Below, piece after piece: positions 50,403 to 59,836 of a stretch of DNA of 64,000 bases (positions are counted from its first letter, which is position 1; each line of letters begins with the position of its first letter). Made by a program: the position numbers and the translations under genes. The stretch is from NCBI RefSeq assembly GCF_003334305.1, contig NZ_QOWS01000007.1, one strand, 5' to 3'. The notes under the pieces are model-generated. The model made no database searches and had not been told where the DNA came from. It saw only the letters and a program-made list of their open reading frames with translations. This DNA is from Escherichia coli (GTDB taxonomy: Bacteria; Pseudomonadota; Gammaproteobacteria; Enterobacterales; Enterobacteriaceae).

Positions 50403-53400
50403 TTACGGTCGGACAATCAGCAGATCTTCAGCCGCGCCGGTCGCCCGCCATTGGGGAACATACATTGATTCCACCATCGGTTGCGGTACCTGATACGTTC
50501 CCGGCGTCACCGCCCGCGCCAGATACACCAGCGTTACCGGTTGGTATTCATCAACGGCAACCGCCGCCACAAAGCGATCGTCACGGAACTCAATGTGCTT
50601 AATGCTCGCCTGCTGCATCTGGTTCAGTAAGTTTTGCACTTCGCCACCACTTTGCTCCAGGCTGGCGCTACCGTTCGCCAGATTCTGATTTTCCAGTTCC
50701 AGACCCGCAGGCAGCAGATCCACGACTAACGCATCCGGCACGCTGTTACTGGCTTTTACCTGCAACCAGACCAGCACCAGATCGCCGCTACGTAACGAGT
50801 CCAGCGATTTGCTCTTACCATCAGTACCAAGAATATGACGCTCGATTTGCAGCACATTGTTCGCCGGTAAAGGTGCGGATTGCGGATAACCGCTGGCATC
50901 CATACGCAACCATAACGGCTGATCGCCACTGTTTCTCACCTGCAAGGTGGCAAGTTGATCGCTATTCAGATTGCTGTTTAGCGTTTTCTCGCCTGTCAGC
51001 GGCTCAGCTGAGAAAGAGGTTTGCGCCTGCCATTTACCCGGTAAATCCTGAATCGTACGGGCAGCCAGGAACAACGCGTTACTTTCCTGCGTCGATAGCC
51101 AGCGTTCACCAAACGCCTGCTGCGAAAGTGTGTTCAGCAAAGTGTACTGCTCATCGGGTAGCAGTTTATTTTCTTCCAGCAAGGAGAGCATTAACGCGTT
51201 GTCGCGCAGTGGACTACCGTAATCACCCAGCCATATCCGCTCATCACTATTTCTCGGCGTTTTCAGCGCCAGCACAATCGCTTCTTCACCACGCGTTGCA
51301 TCACCCATGGTTTTCAGCGCAACGCCAAGTTGCAGCAGCGGTAAACCAGAAGCGGCATCTGCACGATGCTCCCAGATTTCACGCAGCGCACCCAGCGGAG
51401 CCTTTTGTTGACGGGCCAACACCAGCGCAGCGTAAGACTGTACGGCGAATTTACTGGCTTTGAGATTATCCGCGTACGGGATCGACATCATGCCCGGATC
51501 TTGTAAATAGCGCAGCAGACGCTCATTACCCCGGTTAATGGCGTCTGTCGGCACGCTGTAACCCTGTTCGCCTGCGCGGACCAGGAAATCCATCACGTAA
51601 GCCGTCAGCCAGTACTCTTCGTCACCGTTTTTATCCCACAGCGCAAAGCCGCCGTTATCACGTTGCATTTGCAGCAAACGGGAAATGCCGATATCGACCG
51701 ATGCACGGCGTTTCTCATCACTGTCGCCTTTGATGCCCAACGCCTGCAGTTGGGCTGCGTTGGTATAAAGTGACGGGAACAGGCCGCTGGCGGTTTGCTC
51801 AAGACAGCCGTACGGATACGCTTTTAACTCTTTGATATAACGTGCAATGTTCAGCGGTGGTTTGCCGCTCAACAACAATTGCCCTTCCAGCGTAACAGGC
51901 GAGAAGTTTTGCAATCCATCCGCCGGAATCGCCCATGTCTCACCAGGCTGTAACGCCGTACCGTAATTAACCGTTTGTGCCGGGAACGCCGGACGGACGC
52001 CGATTTTCCACTGCTTCTGCTGATCGGCAACGGTTTCATCCGGTAACGCTAACCCGCTAATGGTGGCCTGAATTTCTCCATCGCCATAACCCGGCAATGC
52101 TCGCACCGGGATAAACAGCGTAGTACGCACACCTGGCGCTAATTCAACGGCTGCGGGTGAATCGCTGACCAGTTCAAGCAAACCACTGGCGGTCAGGGCA
52201 ACGTTCAGTTTTTGCGGTTTATCGGTAAGATTAGTGATATCCAGCGTCAGACGCGAGGTATCGCCACTCGCCATAAAGCGCGGCATGTTCAGTTCAGCAA
52301 TCACCGGTGCGGCAACTATCACTTTGCTTTCGTTGCTACCGAAGTCATCTGCCGTCCAGGCTTGCGCCATGACGCGTAATTCACCGTTAAAATCGCCAAT
52401 CGGCAGTGTAACCGAGCCTTCGCCCTGTTCGTTGAGCGTTACCGGCAGCGCCTGCTGCGCGACAATATTGACGTGATTGACCGGCGGTTTACCACCACGT
52501 TTCAGCTCATCACCATCGCCACCGAAACGCAGAGCTGCCAGACGCCCCTGACCTTCAATAACCTGACCGTAAATATCGTAAATGTCTGCGCCATAGCGTT
52601 TCTGACCAAAGAACGCCTGCCACGGATCTGGCGTGACGTAGTCAGTAATATTCAGCACACCACTATCAACGGCAGACACCAGCACATTCACCTGTTTAGG
52701 CTTCTCGCCATTTTTAGTGCTGGCTTTAATTTTCACGGTTAATGGTTGATTGGGACGCATTTTTGCTGGTGTTTCCAGCGCCAGATCGAGGCGACGGTTT
52801 TCATCGCCAAGCGGCAGATGCAACACACCAACCGCGCGTTTTGGCGTCGCGGAGCGAGATTTATCGCCAGGACGTACCACCAGCGTACTTAAATACAGAT
52901 CATGACGATTCCAGGTTTTATCGACCGGAATCGTCAGATCCAGCCCTTGAGCCGGAACATCAATCTCTTGCCACCACAGCGGCCCTTCACTGGACTCGAC
53001 CATCGCATAACCTTTACCCGCCGTTGGCGCGGCGATATGCAACTTAATGGTGTCGCCAGGGCGATAACTGGCTTTATCCAGTTTCAGCGTGACACGGTCG
53101 GGTCGCACTGCGCCGCTACCGTCGCTGTTGTCCTGCCAGCTATAGCCAGCCCAGAAACGAACACTACTGACCGCTTCATTCGGCGCTTTGACTTCCAGAC
53201 GATAAGCGCCCCACTCTACCGGAAAACTGACCTTGCCGGTTTCGTCCGCTTTCAGATCCAGAGTTTGTTCATTTTCGATCAGATCTTTTTGATCAAACTG
53301 TGACTGCCAGCCTTCATCTTCTGACCAGTTCCAGTAGTAATCGCGGCGTTCGCGAATCAGGCGCACCTGCAAGCCCGACACGGCTTTTTTCACGCCTTGC

Positions 53401-55364
53401 GCATCGCTATAAACGATGTCAAAAGCGGCGTTACTGCCTTCATCAACAATGGGCTGTTTCACCGTGCTGTCAGTACGATAATCGTAAACCGATTTCGAGG
53501 CGAACTGCGGACGGATCCCCGGCAATGCATCGGCAGGCCAGATAGCCTGCTCAGCGCGGCGCGTCACCGGGCGACCGCCCGATTCCAGCAAACTACCCTG
53601 GAAAATAACCTGTAATGGGGAATGCGTTTCCTTCCACTGGCTTTCTGTAGAAACTTCGCCGCGCCCTTTATCATCCAGCGTCAACTGAACTTCATCCAGC
53701 GTGCGGGAAAGATTTTCGGCAGCTATATCGCCGAATTCAAAACCAGGTAAGGCTGACACAGCTTCACGCAGTGGGCGCAGGAAAAGTTGCCCTTGCAAAG
53801 TATTACCATTAGCAGGTGCACCATACAGGTAGTACCCCACCACGGAGAATTTCACTTCATCTTTCGGCGTTAGCGGGGTTTTCTCACCGGTCAGATTCAG
53901 CGCCATGCGCTCTGGCATAAAATCTTCGACGTGGAAATCCCACATCCGATACTGGTTATCGCCCGTGTTAGCGCGAATATGCCACATACCGGTTGCCGCA
54001 TTGCTATCGAGTGGCCAGGTAAAGTGGTAGAGGCCATTTTCCGGCTGACTAACGACGCTCCTGAGTACCTGCCCATCGGGTTTAATCACGTCTAACTTGA
54101 TGGGTTGATTGGGCAACGCTTTACCGTCTGCATCACGCAGCAAACCATTGAGGATTACCGTTTCACCCGGGCGATAAAGATCGCGTGGGCCAAACATGAA
54201 AAACTGTTTGCTATAGCCTGGCGCGCCAGCAATGTTAAATTCTGCTAAGTCCAGCGCCGGAAGTTTTAAATCGAGTAGCGTTGTCTGACCGTCTTTACGC
54301 GCCAACAGTAATGCCGCGTTTTTATCATTTTCCAGCTGCACATGCCCCTGAGCGTCACTGGTTGCCTGAGTCAGAGTCTGCCCTTTCTCATTTAATAAAG
54401 AGACTTCAATTCCTTGCTGGGCCGCGCCGTTTTCCAGACTTTGGGTAAAGATATCCAGACGATTGTGATAACGGTGAGCTGAAACGCCGATATCACTTAA
54501 CGTAAACAGCGTCGCGGGATTACTGTAATCGTAACGTCCAGCCTGATTCATCACAGCCAGATACACGCCCGCCTGCTGAAGCGGTTTGATATCGCCCAGC
54601 GGCAGCAATAATTTTTCACGGGTGTTACGCGCAGGATTGAGATCAAACCGTCCGGTGTAGACCAGATCCGCCATCTGCAGCAGTTTGTCTGACTGCCAGT
54701 TCGCCAGCGAATTGCGGTATTCCCATTGGCTAATGAATGCTGGCAGAGATTCTGGCTTAACGCGGAAGAAGTTAACATCGACATTATTAACGTTGAGCGC
54801 CATTACCGGCAGCCCTTCAACGACTTTACCAGGCAGCAGCGAACCACGGCTGGCAAAACCGACGCTGGGTTGGATGTCGCGGGTAGTTATAGTTTTTTCG
54901 TAATCTTTACTGAAGGTTGCGTTGTTGAGTGCTTTGACCTCCTTGCCAATAGTAACGATCAAATCACGTTTCGGTTCGAGGTGGCGTAAACGTAACTCTT
55001 TAAGATTATCTGACAGCTCCCAGGCACCATCCACTTTGCCGCTTTTTTTATCGACGACATGAATAACGCGTGAGAAATCCTGATCCGGGTCGAGAGGGAT
55101 GGAGAACGTCAGCACCAGCGTGGCTGCACCATCAAGTTGGACTTCAGAGAGATCCAGCAATGTCAGCACCTTACCGGCACTCTGTTGGGCCAGTTTTTGT
55201 CTCTCCGGCACGGAGAGTTTTGCTGAACTCGCGTTTTCTGAAGAGGCCGCTTTAGTAACTTCAGAAGGCGCATCTTTTTTCACCGCTGTTGGCGCGTTAT
55301 CGTTGTTGTCGCACCCTGCCAGCGCCAGCATTAGCATGCAGGCGGCTACGCGTAACTTTTTCAT
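50403..55364 (-). CDS. yfhM: alpha-2-macroglobulin family lipoprotein (ECAM)
   Basis: 1653-aa ORF with lipobox LALAGC and thioester motif CLEQ (YGCLEQTASG). Confidence 0.9.
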   Translation of the reverse strand: MKKLRVAACMLMLALAGCDNNDNAPTAVKKDAPSEVTKAASSENASSAKLSVPERQKLAQQSAGKVLTLLDLSEVQLDGAATLVLTFSIPLDPDQDFSRVIHVVDKKSGKVDGAWELSDNLKELRLRHLEPKRDLIVTIGKEVKALNNATFSKDYEKTITTRDIQPSVGFASRGSLLPGKVVEGLPVMALNVNNVDVNFFRVKPESLPAFISQWEYRNSLANWQSDKLLQMADLVYTGRFDLNPARNTREKLLLPLGDIKPLQQAGVYLAVMNQAGRYDYSNPATLFTLSDIGVSAHRYHNRLDIFTQSLENGAAQQGIEVSLLNEKGQTLTQATSDAQGHVQLENDKNAALLLARKDGQTTLLDLKLPALDLAEFNIAGAPGYSKQFFMFGPRDLYRPGETVILNGLLRDADGKALPNQPIKLDVIKPDGQVLRSVVSQPENGLYHFTWPLDSNAATGMWHIRANTGDNQYRMWDFHVEDFMPERMALNLTGEKTPLTPKDEVKFSVVGYYLYGAPANGNTLQGQLFLRPLREAVSALPGFEFGDIAAENLSRTLDEVQLTLDDKGRGEVSTESQWKETHSPLQVIFQGSLLESGGRPVTRRAEQAIWPADALPGIRPQFASKSVYDYRTDSTVKQPIVDEGSNAAFDIVYSDAQGVKKAVSGLQVRLIRERRDYYWNWSEDEGWQSQFDQKDLIENEQTLDLKADETGKVSFPVEWGAYRLEVKAPNEAVSSVRFWAGYSWQDNSDGSGAVRPDRVTLKLDKASYRPGDTIKLHIAAPTAGKGYAMVESSEGPLWWQEIDVPAQGLDLTIPVDKTWNRHDLYLSTLVVRPGDKSRSATPKRAVGVLHLPLGDENRRLDLALETPAKMRPNQPLTVKIKASTKNGEKPKQVNVLVSAVDSGVLNITDYVTPDPWQAFFGQKRYGADIYDIYGQVIEGQGRLAALRFGGDGDELKRGGKPPVNHVNIVAQQALPVTLNEQGEGSVTLPIGDFNGELRVMAQAWTADDFGSNESKVIVAAPVIAELNMPRFMASGDTSRLTLDITNLTDKPQKLNVALTASGLLELVSDSPAAVELAPGVRTTLFIPVRALPGYGDGEIQATISGLALPDETVADQQKQWKIGVRPAFPAQTVNYGTALQPGETWAIPADGLQNFSPVTLEGQLLLSGKPPLNIARYIKELKAYPYGCLEQTASGLFPSLYTNAAQLQALGIKGDSDEKRRASVDIGISRLLQMQRDNGGFALWDKNGDEEYWLTAYVMDFLVRAGEQGYSVPTDAINRGNERLLRYLQDPGMMSIPYADNLKASKFAVQSYAALVLARQQKAPLGALREIWEHRADAASGLPLLQLGVALKTMGDATRGEEAIVLALKTPRNSDERIWLGDYGSPLRDNALMLSLLEENKLLPDEQYTLLNTLSQQAFGERWLSTQESNALFLAARTIQDLPGKWQAQTSFSAEPLTGEKTLNSNLNSDQLATLQVRNSGDQPLWLRMDASGYPQSAPLPANNVLQIERHILGTDGKSKSLDSLRSGDLVLVWLQVKASNSVPDALVVDLLPAGLELENQNLANGSASLEQSGGEVQNLLNQMQQASIKHIEFRDDRFVAAVAVDEYQPVTLVYLARAVTPGTYQVPQPMVESMYVPQWRATGAAEDLLIVRP

Positions 55365-55570
55365 TTTTCATCCCTGCCACAATGGCCCGTTAGCAACGTC
55401 GAATAATTATTATGCGTGAGAATTTACGTTATGTAATTCAGTATCACGCCCATACAATCCGAATTTTAGTGAGAATTGTGGCTCAGACAGCCAAATCAGC
55501 CTCTTTCGCTTGTCGCTTTTCACTAAACATCCGACAATTTAGCCTAACCCCGGCAAAAATGGAGATGCCT

Positions 55571-56416
55571 ATGTCCACGACATGGTTTGTAGGAGCCGAC
55601 TGGCTCGCCGAACATATTGATGACCCGGAAATTCAGATTATCGATGCCCGCATGGCGTCGCCTGGACAGGAAGATCGTAACGTTGCTCAGGAGTATCTGA
55701 ATGGACATATTCCCGGCGCAGTGTTTTTTGATATCGAAGCGCTTTCTGATCACACTTCCCCGCTTCCGCACATGCTGCCGCGCCCGGAAACGTTCGCCGT
55801 GGCGATGCGTGAATTAGGCGTTAACCAGGATAAGCACCTGATTGTCTATGACGAAGGTAATCTTTTCTCAGCCCCACGAGCATGGTGGATGCTGCGCACC
55901 TTTGGTGTAGAGAAAGTGTCGATTCTGGGGGGTGGACTTGCAGGCTGGCAGCGCGATGATCTGCTGTTAGAAGAAGGTGCAGTAGAGCTGCCGGAAGGAG
56001 AGTTTAACGCCGCGTTTAATCCTGAAGCCGTGGTGAAAGTAACCGATGTATTATTGGCAAGCCATGAAAATACGGCGCAAATTATTGATGCCCGCCCGGC
56101 TGCACGTTTTAACGCAGAAGTTGATGAACCTCGCCCAGGTTTACGTCGCGGACATATTCCCGGAGCACTGAATGTTCCGTGGACGGAACTGGTGCGCGAA
56201 GGCGAACTAAAAACGACCGATGAACTGGATGCGATATTTTTTGGTCGCGGCGTCAGCTACGACAAACCAATTATCGTCAGCTGCGGCTCTGGTGTAACGG
56301 CAGCCGTGGTTTTGTTAGCACTCGCGACGCTGGATGTGCCAAACGTGAAACTGTACGACGGCGCATGGAGTGAATGGGGCGCGCGGGCAGATTTACCGGT
56401 TGAGCCAGTGAAATAA
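55571..56416 (+). CDS. sseA: 3-mercaptopyruvate sulfurtransferase (rhodanese family)
   Basis: ORF 55412..56416; start at MSTTWFVGADWL after GGAG (281 aa). Confidence 0.9.
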   Translation: MSTTWFVGADWLAEHIDDPEIQIIDARMASPGQEDRNVAQEYLNGHIPGAVFFDIEALSDHTSPLPHMLPRPETFAVAMRELGVNQDKHLIVYDEGNLFSAPRAWWMLRTFGVEKVSILGGGLAGWQRDDLLLEEGAVELPEGEFNAAFNPEAVVKVTDVLLASHENTAQIIDARPAARFNAEVDEPRPGLRRGHIPGALNVPWTELVREGELKTTDELDAIFFGRGVSYDKPIIVSCGSGVTAAVVLLALATLDVPNVKLYDGAWSEWGARADLPVEPVK

Positions 56417-56437
56417 GCTTTATACAGGCAATAAAAA

Positions 56438-56462
56438 ACCGCCGAATTTGGCGGTTTTTTAT
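56438..56462 (+). terminator. rho-independent terminator of sseA
   Basis: aaaaaaccgccgaatttggcggtttttt: 6-bp GC stem followed by T6. Confidence 0.7.
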
Positions 56463-56606
56463 TGCTGGTCTGGTTCGCGGCCTTTCCAGCAGGTTGTATT
56501 ACCGTAGTAATGCAAGCGCGTCTCAGCGGAGACAATACTCGCCAGTAACTCTCTTTTTGTCAAGCAAAAGAGAGTTATTATTGTTCTGTTAGTGTATTAT
56601 CCACTG

Positions 56607-56910
56607 CGGCCCTTTCCGCCGTCTCGCAAGCGGGCGCTGGCTTAAGGAAAGGATGTTCCGCGACCGTTAGAGCAAGCGCGTCTCAGCGCTTGCTATCGCG
56701 GCAATATCGCCAGTGGTGCTGTCGTGATGCGGTCTTCGCATGGACCGCACAATGAAGATACGGTGCTTCTGTATCGTACTTATTGTTTCTGGTGCGCTGT
56801 TTTCCCAAGTAAATAATAACCGGAGTCTCTCCGGCGACAATTTACTGGTGGTTAACAACCTTCAGAGCAGCAAGTAAGCCCGAATGCCGCCCTTTGGGGC
56901 GGCATATTTT
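56607..56910 (+). ncRNA. ryfA: probable RyfA small RNA locus
   Basis: Structured 490-nt sseA-sseB spacer ending in a plus-strand intrinsic terminator (gccgccc-tttg-gggcggc + atatttt) at 56886..56910. From memory, ryfA lies between sseA and sseB; 5' end and strand are inferred. Confidence 0.3.
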
Positions 56911-57685
56911 AGATTATCCGATTCTGTTTAAAGTCACGCAAAAAACCACCCCAGCGACGTTCATAGAATGGCACAATATGTTCGGTAATAAAGTGGCTAA
57001 TTCCTTTTTCCCCTTTTTTCACCTGACAAATATCGATTGGTTCATCGCCAGGTAATGTATCGGTCGCTACACTTCCCGTCGCCTGAATAATTTCTTCGAT
57101 ATCACCATCGGCTTCAATGCCAATAAGTAAATTAGGCTGTGCCTCTTCGTTCTCTTTAATTGAACAAATAAAAGCACGCTTCACCGGCTTAATGGTTTTA
57201 AATAAGGTGGTGAGTGAATCAATCATTTGTGCTGGCGGCTCTGCGACTTCCGATAATATCAGCGATTCACCGCCTTCCAGGATTTCCTGGCTGCTCAGCG
57301 GATTTCCCTCTTCACCAATCAACAAACTGATTTCACGCGGCATAAATTCTTTACCGGTCGGCAGTTTGGCATTAAGGAAGAGCGTTTCGCCAAGGGTCAT
57401 CTCAAACAATGTGCGAACGGGCATTACGACAAATGCCTGTTCGTCTTCAACCGCCTGTTGAAGCGCTTCTAACGAGGTGAAAAAAGGAATGACGCTGGTG
57501 CCGTCTTCTTTTTCCCAGTGCTGTAAATCAAGCGCACTATCTTCAACCACAGCCTCGCCCTGCGCCGCCGTACCAGGCACCCAGACGGTGGATTCCAGTA
57601 GAGTACGGAAAAAGGCCGGGCGGTGCGCCGGTTCAGTTGCTGCTTTTTCCAGCAGGTCTTCAAGTTCGTTTTTTGTTTCGGACAT
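56909..57685 (-). CDS. sseB: SseB (enhanced serine sensitivity protein)
   Basis: ORF 56909..57694; start at MSETKNELEDLLEKAA (258 aa). Confidence 0.88.
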   Translation of the reverse strand: MSETKNELEDLLEKAATEPAHRPAFFRTLLESTVWVPGTAAQGEAVVEDSALDLQHWEKEDGTSVIPFFTSLEALQQAVEDEQAFVVMPVRTLFEMTLGETLFLNAKLPTGKEFMPREISLLIGEEGNPLSSQEILEGGESLILSEVAEPPAQMIDSLTTLFKTIKPVKRAFICSIKENEEAQPNLLIGIEADGDIEEIIQATGSVATDTLPGDEPIDICQVKKGEKGISHFITEHIVPFYERRWGGFLRDFKQNRII

Positions 57686-57711
57686 AAGAACCACAATTCA
57701 TTCAACGTTCG

Positions 57712-57820
57712 GGGCGCAAATGCCTGATGCGCTACGCTTATCAGGCCTACAAGGGATTCGCAATTTGTTGAATTTGCAGAATTTGTAGGCCGGATAAGGC
57801 GTTTACACCGCATCCGGCAT
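57712..57820. repeat. REP/BIME cluster between pepB and sseB
   Basis: gcctgatgcgctacgcttatcaggcctac and taggccggataaggcgtttacaccgcatccggca REP-type palindromes. Confidence 0.5.
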
Positions 57821-57826
57821 ATTAGT

Positions 57827-59110
57827 TTACGCCGTTAACAGATTAGCTATCGTGCGCACACCAAGTCCCGTAGCGCCCGCAGACCACTGTTCAACCGGCG
57901 CTTTACGGTAAGTCGCCGAGCAGTCGATATGCAGCCAGCCTTGCTGATAGTTCTCAACAAAGTGCGACAGGAAGCCCGCCGCCGTGCTCGCGCCTGCCGG
58001 ATACGCCGCGCTTCCGGTATTGTTCAGTTCGGCAAAGTTAGACGGCAGCTGGCTGCGGTGGAACTCCGCCAGCGGCAGACGCCAGAATGGTTCGTTCTCT
58101 TGTGAGGCACTCGCCAGCAAACGACCGGCAAGCGCATCGTCAAAACTGAACAGCGCGTGATAATCATTACCCAGCGCAGTTTTCGCCGCCCCGGTGAGGG
58201 TCGCCGCATCAATGATCATTTCCGGTTTCTGCGCACTGGCATCAATCAGACCATCGGCAAGCACCAGACGCCCTTCGGCATCAGTGTTCATCACTTCAAC
58301 TTTTTTACCGTTGCGATAGGTGATGATATCGCCCAGCTTGAACGCATTGCCGCTAATCAGGTTATCCGCACAGCAGAGGAACAGCTTCACGCGCTTGTTC
58401 AGTCCGCGCGTAATGGCAAATGCCAGCGCCCCGGTAACCGTTGCCGCGCCGCCCATGTCCGACTTCATCGAGTCCATAAACGCAGTCTGTTTGATGCTGT
58501 AGCCGCCGGAGTCAAAAGTGATACCTTTACCTACCAGGCACGCGTACACCGGTGCTTCTTTATCGCCAGTTGGGTTGTAATCCAGCGCCAGCAATACCGG
58601 AGAACGTTCTGAACCGCGCCCGACGGTGTGCAGCCCCATATAACCTTGCTCACGCAGATCTTCGCCTTTGGTGATCCGATAAGTCACACGATCGCCCGCG
58701 ACGTTGCTGATCAGATCAACAGCACGCTGTGCCAGTTGCGATGGTCCCAATTCTTCTGCCGGTGCGTTGATGGTGTCACGCACCCAGTCGATGATCATCA
58801 GGCGGTTATCCAGTTCCTGGCGCTGGGCATCGTCCAGATCCGGCCACTCCACTTTACGCGTGCCTTTCGGGGCTTTGTAACCTTGCCAGAATGCCCAGCA
58901 GCGATCCGCATCCCAGCCTTCACCGCTTAACTGAACATGCTTGATGCCCAGACCGTCAATCTTGCGCGCCGCACGCTGGATCAGCCCCAGATCGTCTGCC
59001 CCGTTCAAATGCAGGGTAATGCCGTCATTATTAATGCTGTAAGTTGCTTTTTCTCCCCAGCGCGCGTCGGCAGGTTGGGTAGAGAGGGTAATCTTCATCG
59101 CTTCTGTCAT
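57827..59110 (-). CDS. pepB: peptidase B (M17 leucyl aminopeptidase family)
   Basis: ORF 57827..59197; start trimmed to [18 protein letters not shown] (427 aa). Confidence 0.92.
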   Translation of the reverse strand: MTEAMKITLSTQPADARWGEKATYSINNDGITLHLNGADDLGLIQRAARKIDGLGIKHVQLSGEGWDADRCWAFWQGYKAPKGTRKVEWPDLDDAQRQELDNRLMIIDWVRDTINAPAEELGPSQLAQRAVDLISNVAGDRVTYRITKGEDLREQGYMGLHTVGRGSERSPVLLALDYNPTGDKEAPVYACLVGKGITFDSGGYSIKQTAFMDSMKSDMGGAATVTGALAFAITRGLNKRVKLFLCCADNLISGNAFKLGDIITYRNGKKVEVMNTDAEGRLVLADGLIDASAQKPEMIIDAATLTGAAKTALGNDYHALFSFDDALAGRLLASASQENEPFWRLPLAEFHRSQLPSNFAELNNTGSAAYPAGASTAAGFLSHFVENYQQGWLHIDCSATYRKAPVEQWSAGATGLGVRTIANLLTA

Positions 59111-59287
59111 TTTAGTTATCCTTCTTTGTAAAAGGGCCGCCAGTTGGCAGCCCCAGGATTTTTCCGCTAAATGATTCGCGTTGCAGGAAGGCGGCAAGTG
59201 AGTGAAGCCCCAGGAGCATAGATAACTATGTGACTGGGGTGAACGAGCGCAGCCAACGCATCTGCGGCGTGAAGCATGACGCGGAAA

Positions 59288-59488
59288 TTATTCGGCCTCG
59301 TCCAGCCAGACTAACAAAATCGCTTCGAGGATTTTCTCGTTGGATGCCTGCGGGTCGTCGTCGAAATCTTCCAGATCGCAAATCCACTGATGCATATCGG
59401 TGAATCGAACCGTTTTCGGATCAAGATCGGGATACGCATCGTACAGTGCTTCGCCAATTTCGCGGCTATCGGTCCATTTAAGTCCCAT
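59288..59488 (-). CDS. iscX: Fe-S cluster assembly protein IscX
   Basis: 66-aa acidic ORF recognised as IscX (YfhJ). Confidence 0.9.
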
Positions 59489-59499
59489 ACTAACCTCTG

Positions 59500-59835
59500 T
59501 TAATGCTCACGCGCATGGTTGATAGTGTAACGCGGGATTTCGACCACTAAATCTTCGTCGGTGACGCGCGCCTGGCAGCTTAAACGGCTTTCCGGCTCCA
59601 GTCCCCAGGCTTTGTCCAGCATGTCGTCTTCCTGCTCTGAGCTTTCCGGCAGCGAGTCAAAACCTTCACGAACGATGCAGTGGCAGGTGGTGCAAGCACA
59701 GGATTTTTCACAGGCGTGTTCAATCTCGATACCGTTACGCAGAGCTGCGTCGAGAATGGTTTCACCGCTATTAGCTTCCAGAACAGCGCCATCAGGACAG
59801 AGATCCTGATGAGGCAAAATAACAATCTTTGGCAT
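59500..59835 (-). CDS. fdx: [2Fe-2S] ferredoxin
   Basis: 111-aa ORF with the adrenodoxin-type cysteine pattern. Confidence 0.93.
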
Positions 59836-59836
59836 A

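Noticed and set aside
50873-51463. 196-aa plus-strand ORF inside yfhM, and similar internal antisense ORFs (52234..53615)
   Set aside because: They lie within the 1653-aa alpha-2-macroglobulin gene on the opposite strand; no start signals or domain-like sequence.
56727-56816. Alternative 29-codon ORF (MRSSHGPHNEDTVLLYRTYCFWCAVFPSK) in the ryfA region
   Set aside because: It overlaps the 41-codon candidate in another frame, has no RBS and no hydrophobic helix; kept only as an alternative, not reported as a feature.
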